Below, piece by piece: positions 36,167 to 46,079 of a stretch of 53,326 nt of DNA (within the stretch, counting starts at the first letter, position 1; the number at the start of each line of letters is the position of its first letter). The stretch is from positions 1 through 53,326 of the forward strand of contig CAJOIA010000005.1 of the NCBI GenBank assembly GCA_905234505.1, read 5' to 3'. The position numbers and the translations under genes were made by a program. The DNA is from an uncultured Selenomonadaceae bacterium. Lineage in GTDB: Bacteria > Bacillota > Negativicutes > Selenomonadales > Selenomonadaceae. A model generated the notes under the pieces. That model had not been told where the DNA came from, made no database searches, and saw only the letters and a program-made list of their open reading frames with translations.

Positions 36167-38235
36167 TGAAGAAATTTATCTACAACAGAATATTAATATT
36201 AGCCATTGCCGCCGGATTAATCGCCGCGCTTGTGATAGCCGGTCAGCGTCACGCAGTCGAAATTCACAATTCGCAGGTTGATATGGCAATTGATTATGAA
36301 AGCTTGAAAAATCTTGCCGAGCGTGAAGGGCTTGACTTTGCCGACGTGCTTAAGCAATTCAAAGACGCCGGTATAACTTCACTTGCCATTTACGATACGA
36401 ATTTTGACAAACTTACTCGCGCAGGAAAAGTTATCGCGGTTTACGGGCGCGACATTATCACGAATTACCACAGCGGCGCGCTAAACAGTATTTTTTGGCG
36501 TCAAGCGGTCGACAACGGCTATATCCGCCCAGATTGTGTGTACATTATGAAACGCGACGCGAAAAGTTATAACGAAGTTAAGGCGGAATTGATTCAGCGT
36601 TTCGGCAAAGACAGAATCAGCGCTTTTTCGATTAATGACGAGAATATTTTGGAAGTCAAGGCGCAATTCGGCGCGTTTATGGCTGAACCGATGGGATTTG
36701 ACAGCGACGAACTTGACGCGGCTAAAAATGCGGGCTTTACGATTTTAGCGCGTCCAAAAAATTTTTATCAATGCACAACTGAAAATGTTAAATCTGTTTT
36801 TGAGCGGCTTGATGGCTATCCAATTTCTGAAATTGTTTTTGACGGTCCGGAAATTTTGGGCGCTCCAAGAAGCGAAATTATCAACGTAACGGTTGCCGAA
36901 TTTAATAAACGCGGATATATTTTTGGCGTGATTGAGCATACCAGCCAGTTGCAATTTTATAATCAGCTAGGTATGCCGCAACTTGCCGACGGCGTTGGTT
37001 ATAATAAAATCGCCCGCTTGTACGCTGTGCCGCGCGATGAACAGCCGCGTCTTTCGATTGATATTCTTGTTAATCGCTGGTCGACGACTGACAGGGAGCG
37101 CAATATCAGAATTAATCTGCTCCGCATTTTTGAAAAACCCGACACAGGAAAAACTTTGCTGGAAACAAATTTAGAGTACGTCAAAAAAGTTATCGATAAG
37201 CTCAAAGCGGACGGTTTCACCTTCGGCAAAGCTGGTACTTATGAAAATTATTATCCCAATAAATTTTTGCGCGTGTTGATAATAATTGGCGTGGTTGCCG
37301 CTGGAATTTTATATTTGTCGCTGGTTTCGCACTGGCTCAACGCTAATCAGCGGCTGCAAATAATTTTATTCGTGGCGATTTCAATTTTAGCGGCGATACC
37401 GATTTTTATTGGTAATGACAGCGCGGTTAGAATTTTAGCGGCGTTAATGAGCGCTATTTTATTCCCGACGCTTGCAATTATTTGGCAACTCGACAGATTG
37501 AGATTTATCCGAATGAAAGAAAGCGTCGCGCAGGAAGAATCGGAACTTTCGAACGTGCAAGTAATTTTAGTAGCGGTCGTAACCTTGCTTATAACAAGCG
37601 CAATGTCAATGGTCGGCGCGGCTTATTTGTCGGGCGCGTTATCGGACGTAAAATTTTTCCTGGAGTTTGAGATTTTCAGAGGAATTAAATTAACATTCAT
37701 AATGCCGTTAATCTTGGTGGCGGCGGCGTTTTTGCAAAGATTTAACATTGTCGACGAGGCGCGAAAAAATTTACCGGCGCTAGAACAGCTTAAAGAAATT
37801 TTAAATATGAATGTCACCGTCAAATCATTTTTAATATTTTTAATTGTGGCGGTGGCGTTCGTGATATTAATCGCGCGCAGCGGTCATACGTCAGGAATGC
37901 CGGTATCTGGCGCAGAAATAAAAATTCGCGCAATGTTAGAGCAAATGTTTTACGCTCGCCCGCGCTCGAAAGAAATTTTCATAGGGCATCCGGCGTTCGT
38001 GCTGGCGATAGCGGCGTTTTTGAAACAATTTCCAAAATCAATATATTTCGCGTTAACGCTTGTTGCGACAATCGGGCAAAGTTCAATGGTTGAAACCTTC
38101 GCGCATATGCGCACGCCAATTTTTATGTCATTTATGCGCGGGCTTGACGGCGTATTGCCAGGCGCGCTTATTGGAGCGGTTTTAGTTTTGGCATTAATTT
38201 TCATTAGCAAAGGAGTTTCTTTGAAGTCGCAATGA
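36163..38235 (+). CDS. Large polytopic membrane protein (DUF5693-like) upstream of csaB
   Basis: 690 aa with an N-terminal extracytoplasmic domain and a C-terminal multi-TM domain. Overlaps its neighbours by 4 nt. Confidence 0.55.
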   Translation: MMKKFIYNRILILAIAAGLIAALVIAGQRHAVEIHNSQVDMAIDYESLKNLAEREGLDFADVLKQFKDAGITSLAIYDTNFDKLTRAGKVIAVYGRDIITNYHSGALNSIFWRQAVDNGYIRPDCVYIMKRDAKSYNEVKAELIQRFGKDRISAFSINDENILEVKAQFGAFMAEPMGFDSDELDAAKNAGFTILARPKNFYQCTTENVKSVFERLDGYPISEIVFDGPEILGAPRSEIINVTVAEFNKRGYIFGVIEHTSQLQFYNQLGMPQLADGVGYNKIARLYAVPRDEQPRLSIDILVNRWSTTDRERNIRINLLRIFEKPDTGKTLLETNLEYVKKVIDKLKADGFTFGKAGTYENYYPNKFLRVLIIIGVVAAGILYLSLVSHWLNANQRLQIILFVAISILAAIPIFIGNDSAVRILAALMSAILFPTLAIIWQLDRLRFIRMKESVAQEESELSNVQVILVAVVTLLITSAMSMVGAAYLSGALSDVKFFLEFEIFRGIKLTFIMPLILVAAAFLQRFNIVDEARKNLPALEQLKEILNMNVTVKSFLIFLIVAVAFVILIARSGHTSGMPVSGAEIKIRAMLEQMFYARPRSKEIFIGHPAFVLAIAAFLKQFPKSIYFALTLVATIGQSSMVETFAHMRTPIFMSFMRGLDGVLPGALIGAVLVLALIFISKGVSLKSQ

Positions 38236-39338
38236 ATATTTTAATTTCCGGCTATTACGGCTCAAAAAATGGCGGCGATGAGGCGATGTTGGCAGCTATG
38301 CTTGAAGTTCTGCGCGAAAATTGCAATGATGTTCACGCAACTGTTATCTCGCTGAATCCCGAATACACGAAAAAACGCCATAAGGTTGACGCCGTGAAAT
38401 GGCTGGACGTTTTCGCGATTATAAAAAAAATTCTTGCGGCTGACCTTCTGATTAGCGGCGGCGGTAGTCTTTTGCAAAATGTCACTAGCCGCCGTTCTTT
38501 GTATTATTATCTTGGAATTATTTTTCTGGCGTTGATTTTTCGGCGAAAAGTTATGCTTTACGCTCAAGGTATCGGTCCGATTCGCGGCGCGCTGGCTCAT
38601 TGGCTGATGAATTTTATTGTTAATCGCGTCGATTTAATTACCGTTCGCGACAAAGGTTCGCTTGAAGAATTGTGGCGGCTGAATATCACTAAGCCGAAAA
38701 TTTTTTGTACGGCAGATCCTGTTTTAGCGATTAAACCAGTTGCGTTGGATTTCGGCAAAAAAATTCTGGCGCGTCATTCGGTTAAATCTGGTAAATTAAT
38801 TGGCGTGTCAGTTCGGCGCTGGATTGACTGGGAAAATTGCCAAAATGCACTCGCGCAGGCTTTAGACAAACTTGCAGAGAAACTCAGCGCGCAGATTATT
38901 TTTATTCCGATGCAATTTCCTGAAGATATTAAAGCCGCGAAAAGTACCGCCGCTCTTATGAAAAATTCTTGCGTGGTGCTTGAAGACGAATTTACTACCG
39001 CTGAAATTTTGAGCCTGGTTGGAAATATGGACGTGCTTATAAGTATTCGCTTGCACGCGTTGATATTCGCGGGCGTTATGAGCGTGCCGATGTTGGGCAT
39101 TTCGTACGACCCCAAAATTGATAGATTTTTAGATTCGATTGGTGAAAAACCGATTGGTAATTTGGCGGACGTGACGGCTGATAAAATTTTCGACGCAACG
39201 CTGAAAAAACTTGACGCCAAAAATTTTCATAATGATTCGCTGTTAAAAAATCTGCGCGAATTGGCAATAAAAAATGCTCGGCTGGCTATGGAATTAATGA
39301 AAGGCGGCGATTATCAAATTGACGACGAAAAAAATTGA
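38232..39338 (+). CDS. csaB: Polysaccharide pyruvyl transferase CsaB
   Basis: Contains ILISGYYGSKNGGDEAMLAAML and a pyruvyl-transferase core. Confidence 0.8.
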   Translation: MNILISGYYGSKNGGDEAMLAAMLEVLRENCNDVHATVISLNPEYTKKRHKVDAVKWLDVFAIIKKILAADLLISGGGSLLQNVTSRRSLYYYLGIIFLALIFRRKVMLYAQGIGPIRGALAHWLMNFIVNRVDLITVRDKGSLEELWRLNITKPKIFCTADPVLAIKPVALDFGKKILARHSVKSGKLIGVSVRRWIDWENCQNALAQALDKLAEKLSAQIIFIPMQFPEDIKAAKSTAALMKNSCVVLEDEFTTAEILSLVGNMDVLISIRLHALIFAGVMSVPMLGISYDPKIDRFLDSIGEKPIGNLADVTADKIFDATLKKLDAKNFHNDSLLKNLRELAIKNARLAMELMKGGDYQIDDEKN

Positions 39339-40275
39339 ACTGCGGGACTTTGAGGAAACGCGCTCGATATTAGGAGAACGCGACGAATTTTTACAGGTGC
39401 TTGATGAAAAATTTAATTGCAAGATTGTCAGTCGTGGCAATGCGATTGAACTTTATGGCGATGAATCAGAAGTTGAACGCGTCGCGCAGGTGATTGACGA
39501 AATTAAAATTCTGCACCGCAACGGAAGCATTATCACGATGAATGATTTGACGGCAGCGATTAAAATTATCAAATCTAATCGCGCAGGAGATTTGCACAAG
39601 ATTTTTGGCGAAACTGTGATTGTGACGGCGAATGGCAAACACATTCACGCAAAGAGCGTCGGACAACAAAATTATCTTGACACGCTGAAAAGCCACGTGA
39701 TAACTTTTGGAATTGGACCGGCGGGCACAGGTAAAACTTTTCTGGCTGTGGCGATGGCGGCGTATTATCTGCGACTGCGCGAGGTTAAGAAAATTATTTT
39801 GACGCGACCGGCGGTAGAGGCAGGCGAGCGGCTCGGATTTTTGCCTGGCGATATGCAAGAGAAAGTCGACCCATATTTGCGCCCATTGTATGACGCTCTG
39901 CAGGATATTTGGGGCTATGATATGTACCAGAAATTTTTTTCGCGCGGGATAATTGAAATTGCGCCGCTTGCCTATATGCGCGGGCGAACTTTGAGCGACG
40001 CTTTTATAATTTTGGACGAAGCGCAAAATACAACTAGCCGCCAAATGAAAATGTTTTTGACGCGGCTTGGTTTTGGTTCGCGAATGGCAGTTACCGGCGA
40101 TTTGAGCCAAATTGATTTACCGCGCGGCGTTAATTCTGGTTTGGCGGAGGCGGTGAAAATTCTCGCGCCGATTAATGGAATTGGTATTTGCGAATTGACT
40201 TCCACTGATGTTGTGCGTCACGATGTTGTTTCAAAAATTGTTGAGGCTTGGGAAAAATATGAACACGATAATTAA
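39319..40275 (+). CDS. phoH: PhoH-family ATPase
   Basis: Walker A motif GPAGTGKTFLAVAMA and a PhoH core. The start (TTG at 39319) is uncertain. Confidence 0.9.
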   Translation: MTTKKIELRDFEETRSILGERDEFLQVLDEKFNCKIVSRGNAIELYGDESEVERVAQVIDEIKILHRNGSIITMNDLTAAIKIIKSNRAGDLHKIFGETVIVTANGKHIHAKSVGQQNYLDTLKSHVITFGIGPAGTGKTFLAVAMAAYYLRLREVKKIILTRPAVEAGERLGFLPGDMQEKVDPYLRPLYDALQDIWGYDMYQKFFSRGIIEIAPLAYMRGRTLSDAFIILDEAQNTTSRQMKMFLTRLGFGSRMAVTGDLSQIDLPRGVNSGLAEAVKILAPINGIGICELTSTDVVRHDVVSKIVEAWEKYEHDN

Positions 40276-40711
40276 TTCTGAAGTTGCAGTTGACGAAAAA
40301 ATCACGGCTGAAATTCTGCGCGCGGCTGAAGTTATCGGTAAAATTTATGGCGTAGAAAATGCGGAACTCAGCATAACTTTGACTGATGATAAAAATATTC
40401 ACGCGCTGAATAAAAAATATCGAGGCATTGACCGCCCAACTGATGTTTTGTCGTTTGCATTTCGAGAAAGTGACGAGCCGGAAATTATCGGCGGCGAAAC
40501 TGAAATGCTTGGAGATATTATTATTTCGATTGAGCGGGCTAAAATTCAAGCGGCGGATTTTGGGCATAGTTTCCTGCGCGAAATTATTTTTTTGGAAGTG
40601 CACGGGCTATTGCATTTACTTGGTTACGATCACATTGAAGAGGCTGACCGGCTCGAAATGGAAGCTGAGCAAGATTTTATTATGGCTGAATTGAAAATTG
40701 GGAGGGACTGA
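40259..40711 (+). CDS. ybeY: rRNA maturation endoribonuclease YbeY
   Basis: Contains the HGLLHLLGYDH zinc motif. The start is taken at the ATG at 40259. Confidence 0.9.
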   Translation: MNTIINSEVAVDEKITAEILRAAEVIGKIYGVENAELSITLTDDKNIHALNKKYRGIDRPTDVLSFAFRESDEPEIIGGETEMLGDIIISIERAKIQAADFGHSFLREIIFLEVHGLLHLLGYDHIEEADRLEMEAEQDFIMAELKIGRD

Positions 40712-40714
40712 ACT

Positions 40715-41671
40715 TTGAAATCTGGATTTATCGCGGTTATCGGGCGTCCGAACGTGGGAAAGTCGACGTTGATTAATAAGATCATTGGGCAGAAAATAGC
40801 GATTATGTCAGACAAGCCGCAAACTACGCGCAGTCGCATTCAATGCATTTTGACTCAGGACGACGCGCAATTTATTTTTTTAGATACGCCTGGCATTCAC
40901 AAGCCGAAATTCAAACTAGGCGAATATATGTTGAAGGCGGCGGAAAGCACATTGCAGGAAGTTGACGTTATTTTTTTCGTTATCGATGCGACTGCCAGCT
41001 TAGGGAATAGTGGCAAGGGTATAGGGAATAGTAAAACCACTAATCCCTCTTCACTAGTCCCTAACCCCTTAATAGGCGGAGGCGAAAAATATATTCTTGA
41101 GCGGCTAAATTCTACTACGCAACCGGTTATTTTGGTTATTAATAAAATTGATTTACTGAATCGCGCAGAACTTTTACCGATAATTGCGGCTTATTCGGAG
41201 CGTTACAATTTCGCGGCGACTGTTCCAATTAGCGCGATTGAAGGCAGTAATGTTGACGAACTTTTGATTGAGGCTAAAAAATTTTTGCCCGAAGGTCCGA
41301 AATATTATCCAGCCGATATGGTCACCGACCAGCCCGAGCGTTTGATTATCTCTGAAATTATTCGCGAGAAAATTTTGCACGTGACCGAAGATGAGGTGCC
41401 TCATTCGGTGGCGGTTGATATTGAAGAAATTACTTCGCGCAGAAAAGATTTGACGTACATTCGCGCGACAATTTATGTTGAGCGAGATTCTCAAAAAGGT
41501 ATTCTAATTGGCAAAAATGGCGGACTTTTGAAAGGCGTTGGTCAAAATGCGCGTCCAGAAATTGAAATGCTTTTAGGCACAAAAGTTTTTCTGGATTTAT
41601 GGATTAAAGTCAAACGCGATTGGCGAAATTCTGTCGGCGCGCTTCAAAGTTTTGGGCTAGGCGAAAATTAG
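40715..41671 (+). CDS. era: GTPase Era (carries a 26-residue repeat-encoded insertion)
   Basis: G1 motif GRPNVGKST, G3 DTPG, G4 NKID and a KH domain are all present. TTG start follows GGGAGGGA. Confidence 0.95.
   Translation: MKSGFIAVIGRPNVGKSTLINKIIGQKIAIMSDKPQTTRSRIQCILTQDDAQFIFLDTPGIHKPKFKLGEYMLKAAESTLQEVDVIFFVIDATASLGNSGKGIGNSKTTNPSSLVPNPLIGGGEKYILERLNSTTQPVILVINKIDLLNRAELLPIIAAYSERYNFAATVPISAIEGSNVDELLIEAKKFLPEGPKYYPADMVTDQPERLIISEIIREKILHVTEDEVPHSVAVDIEEITSRRKDLTYIRATIYVERDSQKGILIGKNGGLLKGVGQNARPEIEMLLGTKVFLDLWIKVKRDWRNSVGALQSFGLGEN
41000..41076 (+). repeat. Heptad-periodic palindromic element inserted in frame in era
   Basis: Sequence: ttaggga atagtgg caagggt ataggga atagt, loop aaaac, then cactaat ccctctt cactagt ccctaac cccttaatagg. 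The first 33 nt differ at only 3 positions from the intergenic copy at 12608. Confidence 0.8.
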
Positions 41672-41684
41672 GTCGTGATTTATC

Positions 41685-42278
41685 TTGAATAAAAATGAAA
41701 CTTTTGCCAGTCGCATCTCCAAACAATTTTTGAATGGGCTGATTGTCGTTGTGCCGCCCGTCATTACCGCGTTTATTGTAATGTGGATTTTGAGCATAAC
41801 CGAAGGCAAGCTTGGGAAGTTTATTGAACAGTATCTGCAAATTAAATTTCCTGGCGTCGGACTTATCACGATTATAATTTTTATTTGGCTGGTCGGACTT
41901 GTCACCGGCAACATTTTCGCGAAAAAAATTATTCGTTTCCTTGAGTGGCTGCTTGAACAAATTCCGGTCGTCAAATTTATCTATGGCTCAGTCAAGCAAT
42001 TTTCTCGGGCGGTTCTGGATTATAAATCGTCTTTCAAGCACGTGGTACTTGTTCCCTATCACCAAGATTGGACAATTGGCTTTCTTATGAATAATATTCC
42101 TTCGGCGGTGCGTGAAAAAATCGGCGTAGATTATGTTTGCGTATTCATTCCGTGGAGCTTGAATATGACAAGCGGCACAAATCTTTTCGTTAAGCGCCAG
42201 GATATTATTTTTGTGAATATGACGCCGGAAGATGCTTTGCAATTTATATTAACCGCCGGCACTGTTGCTAAAAAATGA
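41685..42278 (+). CDS. DUF502-family membrane protein
   Basis: 197 aa with two TM segments and the IPVVKFIYGSVKQF motif. The TTG start is uncertain. Confidence 0.65.
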   Translation: MNKNETFASRISKQFLNGLIVVVPPVITAFIVMWILSITEGKLGKFIEQYLQIKFPGVGLITIIIFIWLVGLVTGNIFAKKIIRFLEWLLEQIPVVKFIYGSVKQFSRAVLDYKSSFKHVVLVPYHQDWTIGFLMNNIPSAVREKIGVDYVCVFIPWSLNMTSGTNLFVKRQDIIFVNMTPEDALQFILTAGTVAKK

Positions 42279-43039
42279 GCGAAAAATTTATTTTGCAGAA
42301 AACAATTGATGCGTCGCTTTTAAATCGCGGCTTAAATATTCCTGCGGCGGCTAAAATTTTTCTGGCTGAAAATCTTAGCGGCGGTGCGTTGATCCACGGC
42401 GAAAAGCGCGCTATAAAAATTATTTTTGAAGGCGAAACTCACGAGGCAATTTTGATTAGCATAAATTTCAATCGTCAAAAATACCCCAATCATCAAGATA
42501 TTTGGCAGATTGTTTACGGGAAAAATTCTCCGCTCGCCGCGAATATCCGAAAAATTTTTTTGTTGCCGAATGAGCAAAATTATCTCATCCTGTATTCGAC
42601 GGGCATTAAAGACATTTTTTATTTTGAGCCGATTTTTACAGGCGAAATCCCAAATCTCGCTGCTGAACAGACTGTAGAGAATCTTTTAGACGTGCAAAGT
42701 TTGACTGACCCTGAAGCTGCGCTTATTGAAAAATATCATTTGACGAAAATTCGTAAGCTCAATCGGAGTATCGGCGATTACTTAAAAAATTTGTATCAAT
42801 TTCGATGTCAAATCTGCGGGCAAAATTTTGGAGAAAGTTACGGACTGAAAATTGCCGAGTGCCATCACATAAATTATTTTGTTCAAAGTTTGAATAACGA
42901 CGCCGCAAATTTGCTGATTGTTTGCCCGAATCATCACAGAATTATTCACGCCGCCAATCCGATTTTCGACGCGGAGAAAAAAATTTATCGATATTCCAAT
43001 GGCTATGAAGAAAAATTAAAGCTGAATTTGCATTTATAG
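42275..43039 (+). CDS. HNH endonuclease (McrA/COG3183-like) with an unassigned N-terminal domain
   Basis: Contains CQICG...ECHHINYF...NLLIVCPNHHRIIH. The start overlaps the DUF502 stop (ATGA). Confidence 0.8.
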   Translation: MSEKFILQKTIDASLLNRGLNIPAAAKIFLAENLSGGALIHGEKRAIKIIFEGETHEAILISINFNRQKYPNHQDIWQIVYGKNSPLAANIRKIFLLPNEQNYLILYSTGIKDIFYFEPIFTGEIPNLAAEQTVENLLDVQSLTDPEAALIEKYHLTKIRKLNRSIGDYLKNLYQFRCQICGQNFGESYGLKIAECHHINYFVQSLNNDAANLLIVCPNHHRIIHAANPIFDAEKKIYRYSNGYEEKLKLNLHL

Positions 43040-43049
43040 AGGTAGACTA

Positions 43050-43781
43050 ATGGAAACTTTTAAAATTGAGGGCGTGATATTGCGCACGACAGATTTTGGT
43101 GATGCTAATCGCGTGGTTACAATTTACGCAAAAGATTTTGGCAAGCTTGAACTGAATGCTTATGGCTGCCGACGCGCGAAAAGTTCAATGTCCGGCGCGT
43201 TGCAGATTTTTAATCGCATTACCGCCGAGGTTAGTCACGGAGCGAAAGTTTCGACGATACGCGAGGCGGATGTTGTAAATTTTTACAGTAACTTAACAGC
43301 TGACATTGAGCGGCTAAGTTATGCGGCAATTTTTTTTGAGATTGTTAATCGAATGACTTTGCCAAAATTTCCTGAGCCTGAACTTTACAATTTGCTGATA
43401 AAATCTTTGCCCGCGCTGAATAATCTTGACGCGAGAATTGCGGCGCTGATTGGCGTTTGTCAATTTATGGAAATGACCGGATTTCAACTGAATTATTTTG
43501 AATGCGTTCACTGCGGCGCGAAAATTACTGGTGACGCAAAAATAAATTTGAAGACCGGCGGCGCAATGTGTATGAATTGTTTTGTTGACGAAAGTTTAAA
43601 TTATCCTAAAAATGTGCGATTGGCATTTGCTGAAATGTTAAAGCATGATTGGCGCGGCGAATTGAAATTAAATCAGCAACAAATAAATTCGGCGGAAGAA
43701 ATTTTGTGGCGGCAAGTGCGCGGAATTCTCGGCAAAGAATTAAATTCGATAAAATTTATAAAACAAATGCAAAAAAATTAG
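43050..43781 (+). CDS. recO: DNA repair protein RecO
   Basis: 243 aa with an OB-fold N-terminus and a CxxC...CxxC zinc motif (CVHCGAK...CMNC). Confidence 0.9.
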   Translation: METFKIEGVILRTTDFGDANRVVTIYAKDFGKLELNAYGCRRAKSSMSGALQIFNRITAEVSHGAKVSTIREADVVNFYSNLTADIERLSYAAIFFEIVNRMTLPKFPEPELYNLLIKSLPALNNLDARIAALIGVCQFMEMTGFQLNYFECVHCGAKITGDAKINLKTGGAMCMNCFVDESLNYPKNVRLAFAEMLKHDWRGELKLNQQQINSAEEILWRQVRGILGKELNSIKFIKQMQKN

Positions 43782-43813
43782 GGAAGCGGCGAATCACCTC
43801 TTCCCATTTTTTA
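43781..43813. terminator. Bidirectional intrinsic terminator between recO and ftsZ
   Basis: gggaag-N13-cttccc, with T-runs on both strands. Confidence 0.7.
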
Positions 43814-43827
43814 TTGACTGTATTAAA

Positions 43828-45087
43828 TTATCTGCGGTTCATCCACTCGGGTATATCGATTGAGCCGTCCTTGCCTTTTTTTAAATTAGTAGGCTCGGAA
43901 ACCGGCGGCGTGACCGTTTGCGGAGGAGGCGGTGGCGGTGGCGTTTGAGTTTTGCTTCTGGTGAAATCAAAAACCGGAAATGAAGTATTTCTTGTATGTT
44001 GAGTTACTTGCGGCGGCGAAAATGACGATTGAAAAGTTTGATGCTGATTTGACAGGAAAGACGCCGGTCTTACAATTTCCGATTCGCCTTGAAAACGCGT
44101 GGCAATAATCGTTACTCGCACGGTATCGCCCAAAGTTTCATCAATGGACATTCCCCACATAATTTCTGCTTCAGAATCAGCCGCCTCTTGAATTGTAGTA
44201 GACGCTTCGTTAACTTCCAGCATTGTCAGCATATCATTTGCGCCCATAATATTCATTAAAACGCTGTGAGCGCCTTGAATACTTGTCTCAAGGAGTGGCG
44301 ACTCAATAGCTAATCTAGCCGCGTTAATAGGTGCTTTATCGCCGGTAGCTTCGCCAATTCCAATAAGAGCCGCGCCGGAATTGCTCATAATTGTGTTAAT
44401 ATCGGCGAAATCCAAATTAACTAAGCCTGGCATTGTGATTAAGTAAGAAATACCTTGCACACTCTGCCGCAAAATATCATCAGCAATACTAAACGCCTTC
44501 ATAACTGGCGTTTTTTTATCAACGACGGTAAGCAGTCTGTCATTTGGAATAGTGATAATTGTATCAACATTGCGCTTAAGGTTTTCAATTCCAATATCGG
44601 CATTTTTCTTACGTCGCGGACCTTCAAAATTAAATGGGCGAGTGACAACTCCGACAGTCAAGGCGCCAATTTCGCGAGCAATGGACGCTATAACCGGCGC
44701 CGCGCCAGTACCTGTACCGCCGCCCATCCCTGCCGTTATGAAGACCATGTCCGCGCCATCCAATGCTTTTTGAATGTCATCGCGGCTTTCTTGCGCGGCT
44801 TTTTCGCCAACTTCGGGACGCGCGCCCGCTCCAAGTCCCTTAGTCAATTTCTCGCCAATTCTCATACGTTTGGGCGCTATTGAATTTAGCAAAGCTTGAG
44901 CATCGGTATTAATAGCGATAAATTCCACTCCCTCAAGCCCGAGTGAAATCATTCTATTGACAGCATTTGAGCCGCCGCCGCCTACCCCAATTACTTTGAT
45001 TTTTGCCAGCTGATCTAAACTGGTCTCTTCTGGTTCCCACACATGCATTTCCCCCACATCATTATTTATTTTCGAGATTTTTAACAA
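43828..45087 (-). CDS. ftsZ: Cell division GTPase FtsZ
   Basis: Contains [13 protein letters not shown] and [10 protein letters not shown], a proline-rich linker and a conserved C-terminal peptide. Confidence 0.95.
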   Translation of the reverse strand: MLKISKINNDVGEMHVWEPEETSLDQLAKIKVIGVGGGGSNAVNRMISLGLEGVEFIAINTDAQALLNSIAPKRMRIGEKLTKGLGAGARPEVGEKAAQESRDDIQKALDGADMVFITAGMGGGTGTGAAPVIASIAREIGALTVGVVTRPFNFEGPRRKKNADIGIENLKRNVDTIITIPNDRLLTVVDKKTPVMKAFSIADDILRQSVQGISYLITMPGLVNLDFADINTIMSNSGAALIGIGEATGDKAPINAARLAIESPLLETSIQGAHSVLMNIMGANDMLTMLEVNEASTTIQEAADSEAEIMWGMSIDETLGDTVRVTIIATRFQGESEIVRPASFLSNQHQTFQSSFSPPQVTQHTRNTSFPVFDFTRSKTQTPPPPPPPQTVTPPVSEPTNLKKGKDGSIDIPEWMNRR

Positions 45088-45158
45088 ATTTAAAGTAAGT
45101 ATACTCGTAACATTTTACTATAAAAAAATAATTTTTGCTATAGCAACTAAAAAAAGTT

Positions 45159-45485
45159 TCAACCACAGTAATTTTTCAGTAAACGTTCTTTCAGTGCTGA
45201 GAGATTTTTAAAAATGCGCAGCCCCAAAACCAGTAGCGTTATGTAATACAGTTCGATTTCAAAAATATTTCCGATAAAAATTAATATCAATCCGAACACG
45301 CTATTTATTAAAAAGCCAGTGATTAATACCGCGTCACTGAATCTTGATTCAAATTTCGCGCAGAAACCGCCCAATATGGAATCAAGCGCCGCCATTAATA
45401 TTACTGCGAAAATTTTTGTATCAGCTGAAATATTCGACGGGTAGCCAAAAATTATTCCGACCACTAAACCGATTAACGCTTTCAT
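45159..45485 (-). CDS. Small basic membrane protein (DUF1290/Sbp-like)
   Basis: 108 aa with 3-4 TM segments. Sits between the DUF881 gene and ftsZ, as in Firmicute dcw clusters. Confidence 0.65.
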   Translation of the reverse strand: MKALIGLVVGIIFGYPSNISADTKIFAVILMAALDSILGGFCAKFESRFSDAVLITGFLINSVFGLILIFIGNIFEIELYYITLLVLGLRIFKNLSALKERLLKNYCG

Positions 45486-46075
45486 TTTTTAATAACAACC
45501 TTTGCAAAGACGTGGTGAAATGAGCCATCATAAGGTGGAATATAAATTTCGTCTGAAGTTGCAATTTCAAGCTGAATGCCCCAAACGCTTAGCGTATCTT
45601 TGACGCCGCCGCGCATTTTCAAGGAATTTTCCAGCGTCTTTTTGTCGCCAATTGCGCTAATTTCATATGGCGGAGCAGAGCGAACATTATTAACAGACAA
45701 AGTCGGACCGGCGCAGCGAATTTCACTGGTGGCGGTTAATCTTTGACCGTTGATTGAAATAGCTTCCGCACCCGCCGCTTTAAGCTCATTTATCACGCGC
45801 AAAATATCTTCGTCGTGGATCACATACAAATTTGGATTTTCGCCAATACTGACTGCGCGAGTGCTATCGTCCATTTTAACAATTACGCCTTGACCTTCGA
45901 GCGGCAACAGGCACGCTTTCAATTTCAAATCGGTTATAATTTTTTTCGTCGCGGCGTAGTCATTTTCTTCATTTGTATCTTTCTGCCGAAATTCTATTGA
46001 CAAAATAAAACCGACAATTACGCACACGAAAGTTATTGACCAACCTTCGCCGAAAATTCGCCGGAGTTTTTCCAT
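45482..46075 (-). CDS. DUF881-family division-associated protein
   Basis: N-terminal TM segment plus a DUF881-like domain. ATG at 46075 follows GAGGT. Confidence 0.7.
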   Translation of the reverse strand: MEKLRRIFGEGWSITFVCVIVGFILSIEFRQKDTNEENDYAATKKIITDLKLKACLLPLEGQGVIVKMDDSTRAVSIGENPNLYVIHDEDILRVINELKAAGAEAISINGQRLTATSEIRCAGPTLSVNNVRSAPPYEISAIGDKKTLENSLKMRGGVKDTLSVWGIQLEIATSDEIYIPPYDGSFHHVFAKVVIKK

Positions 46076-46079
46076 AAGT

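Noticed and set aside
43900-43945. GGN-rich run encoding the FtsZ poly-proline linker as a phase-variable simple sequence repeat
   Set aside because: The run is an imperfect mix of ggagga/ggcggt units rather than a homopolymer or perfect microsatellite, and it lies within an intact essential gene.
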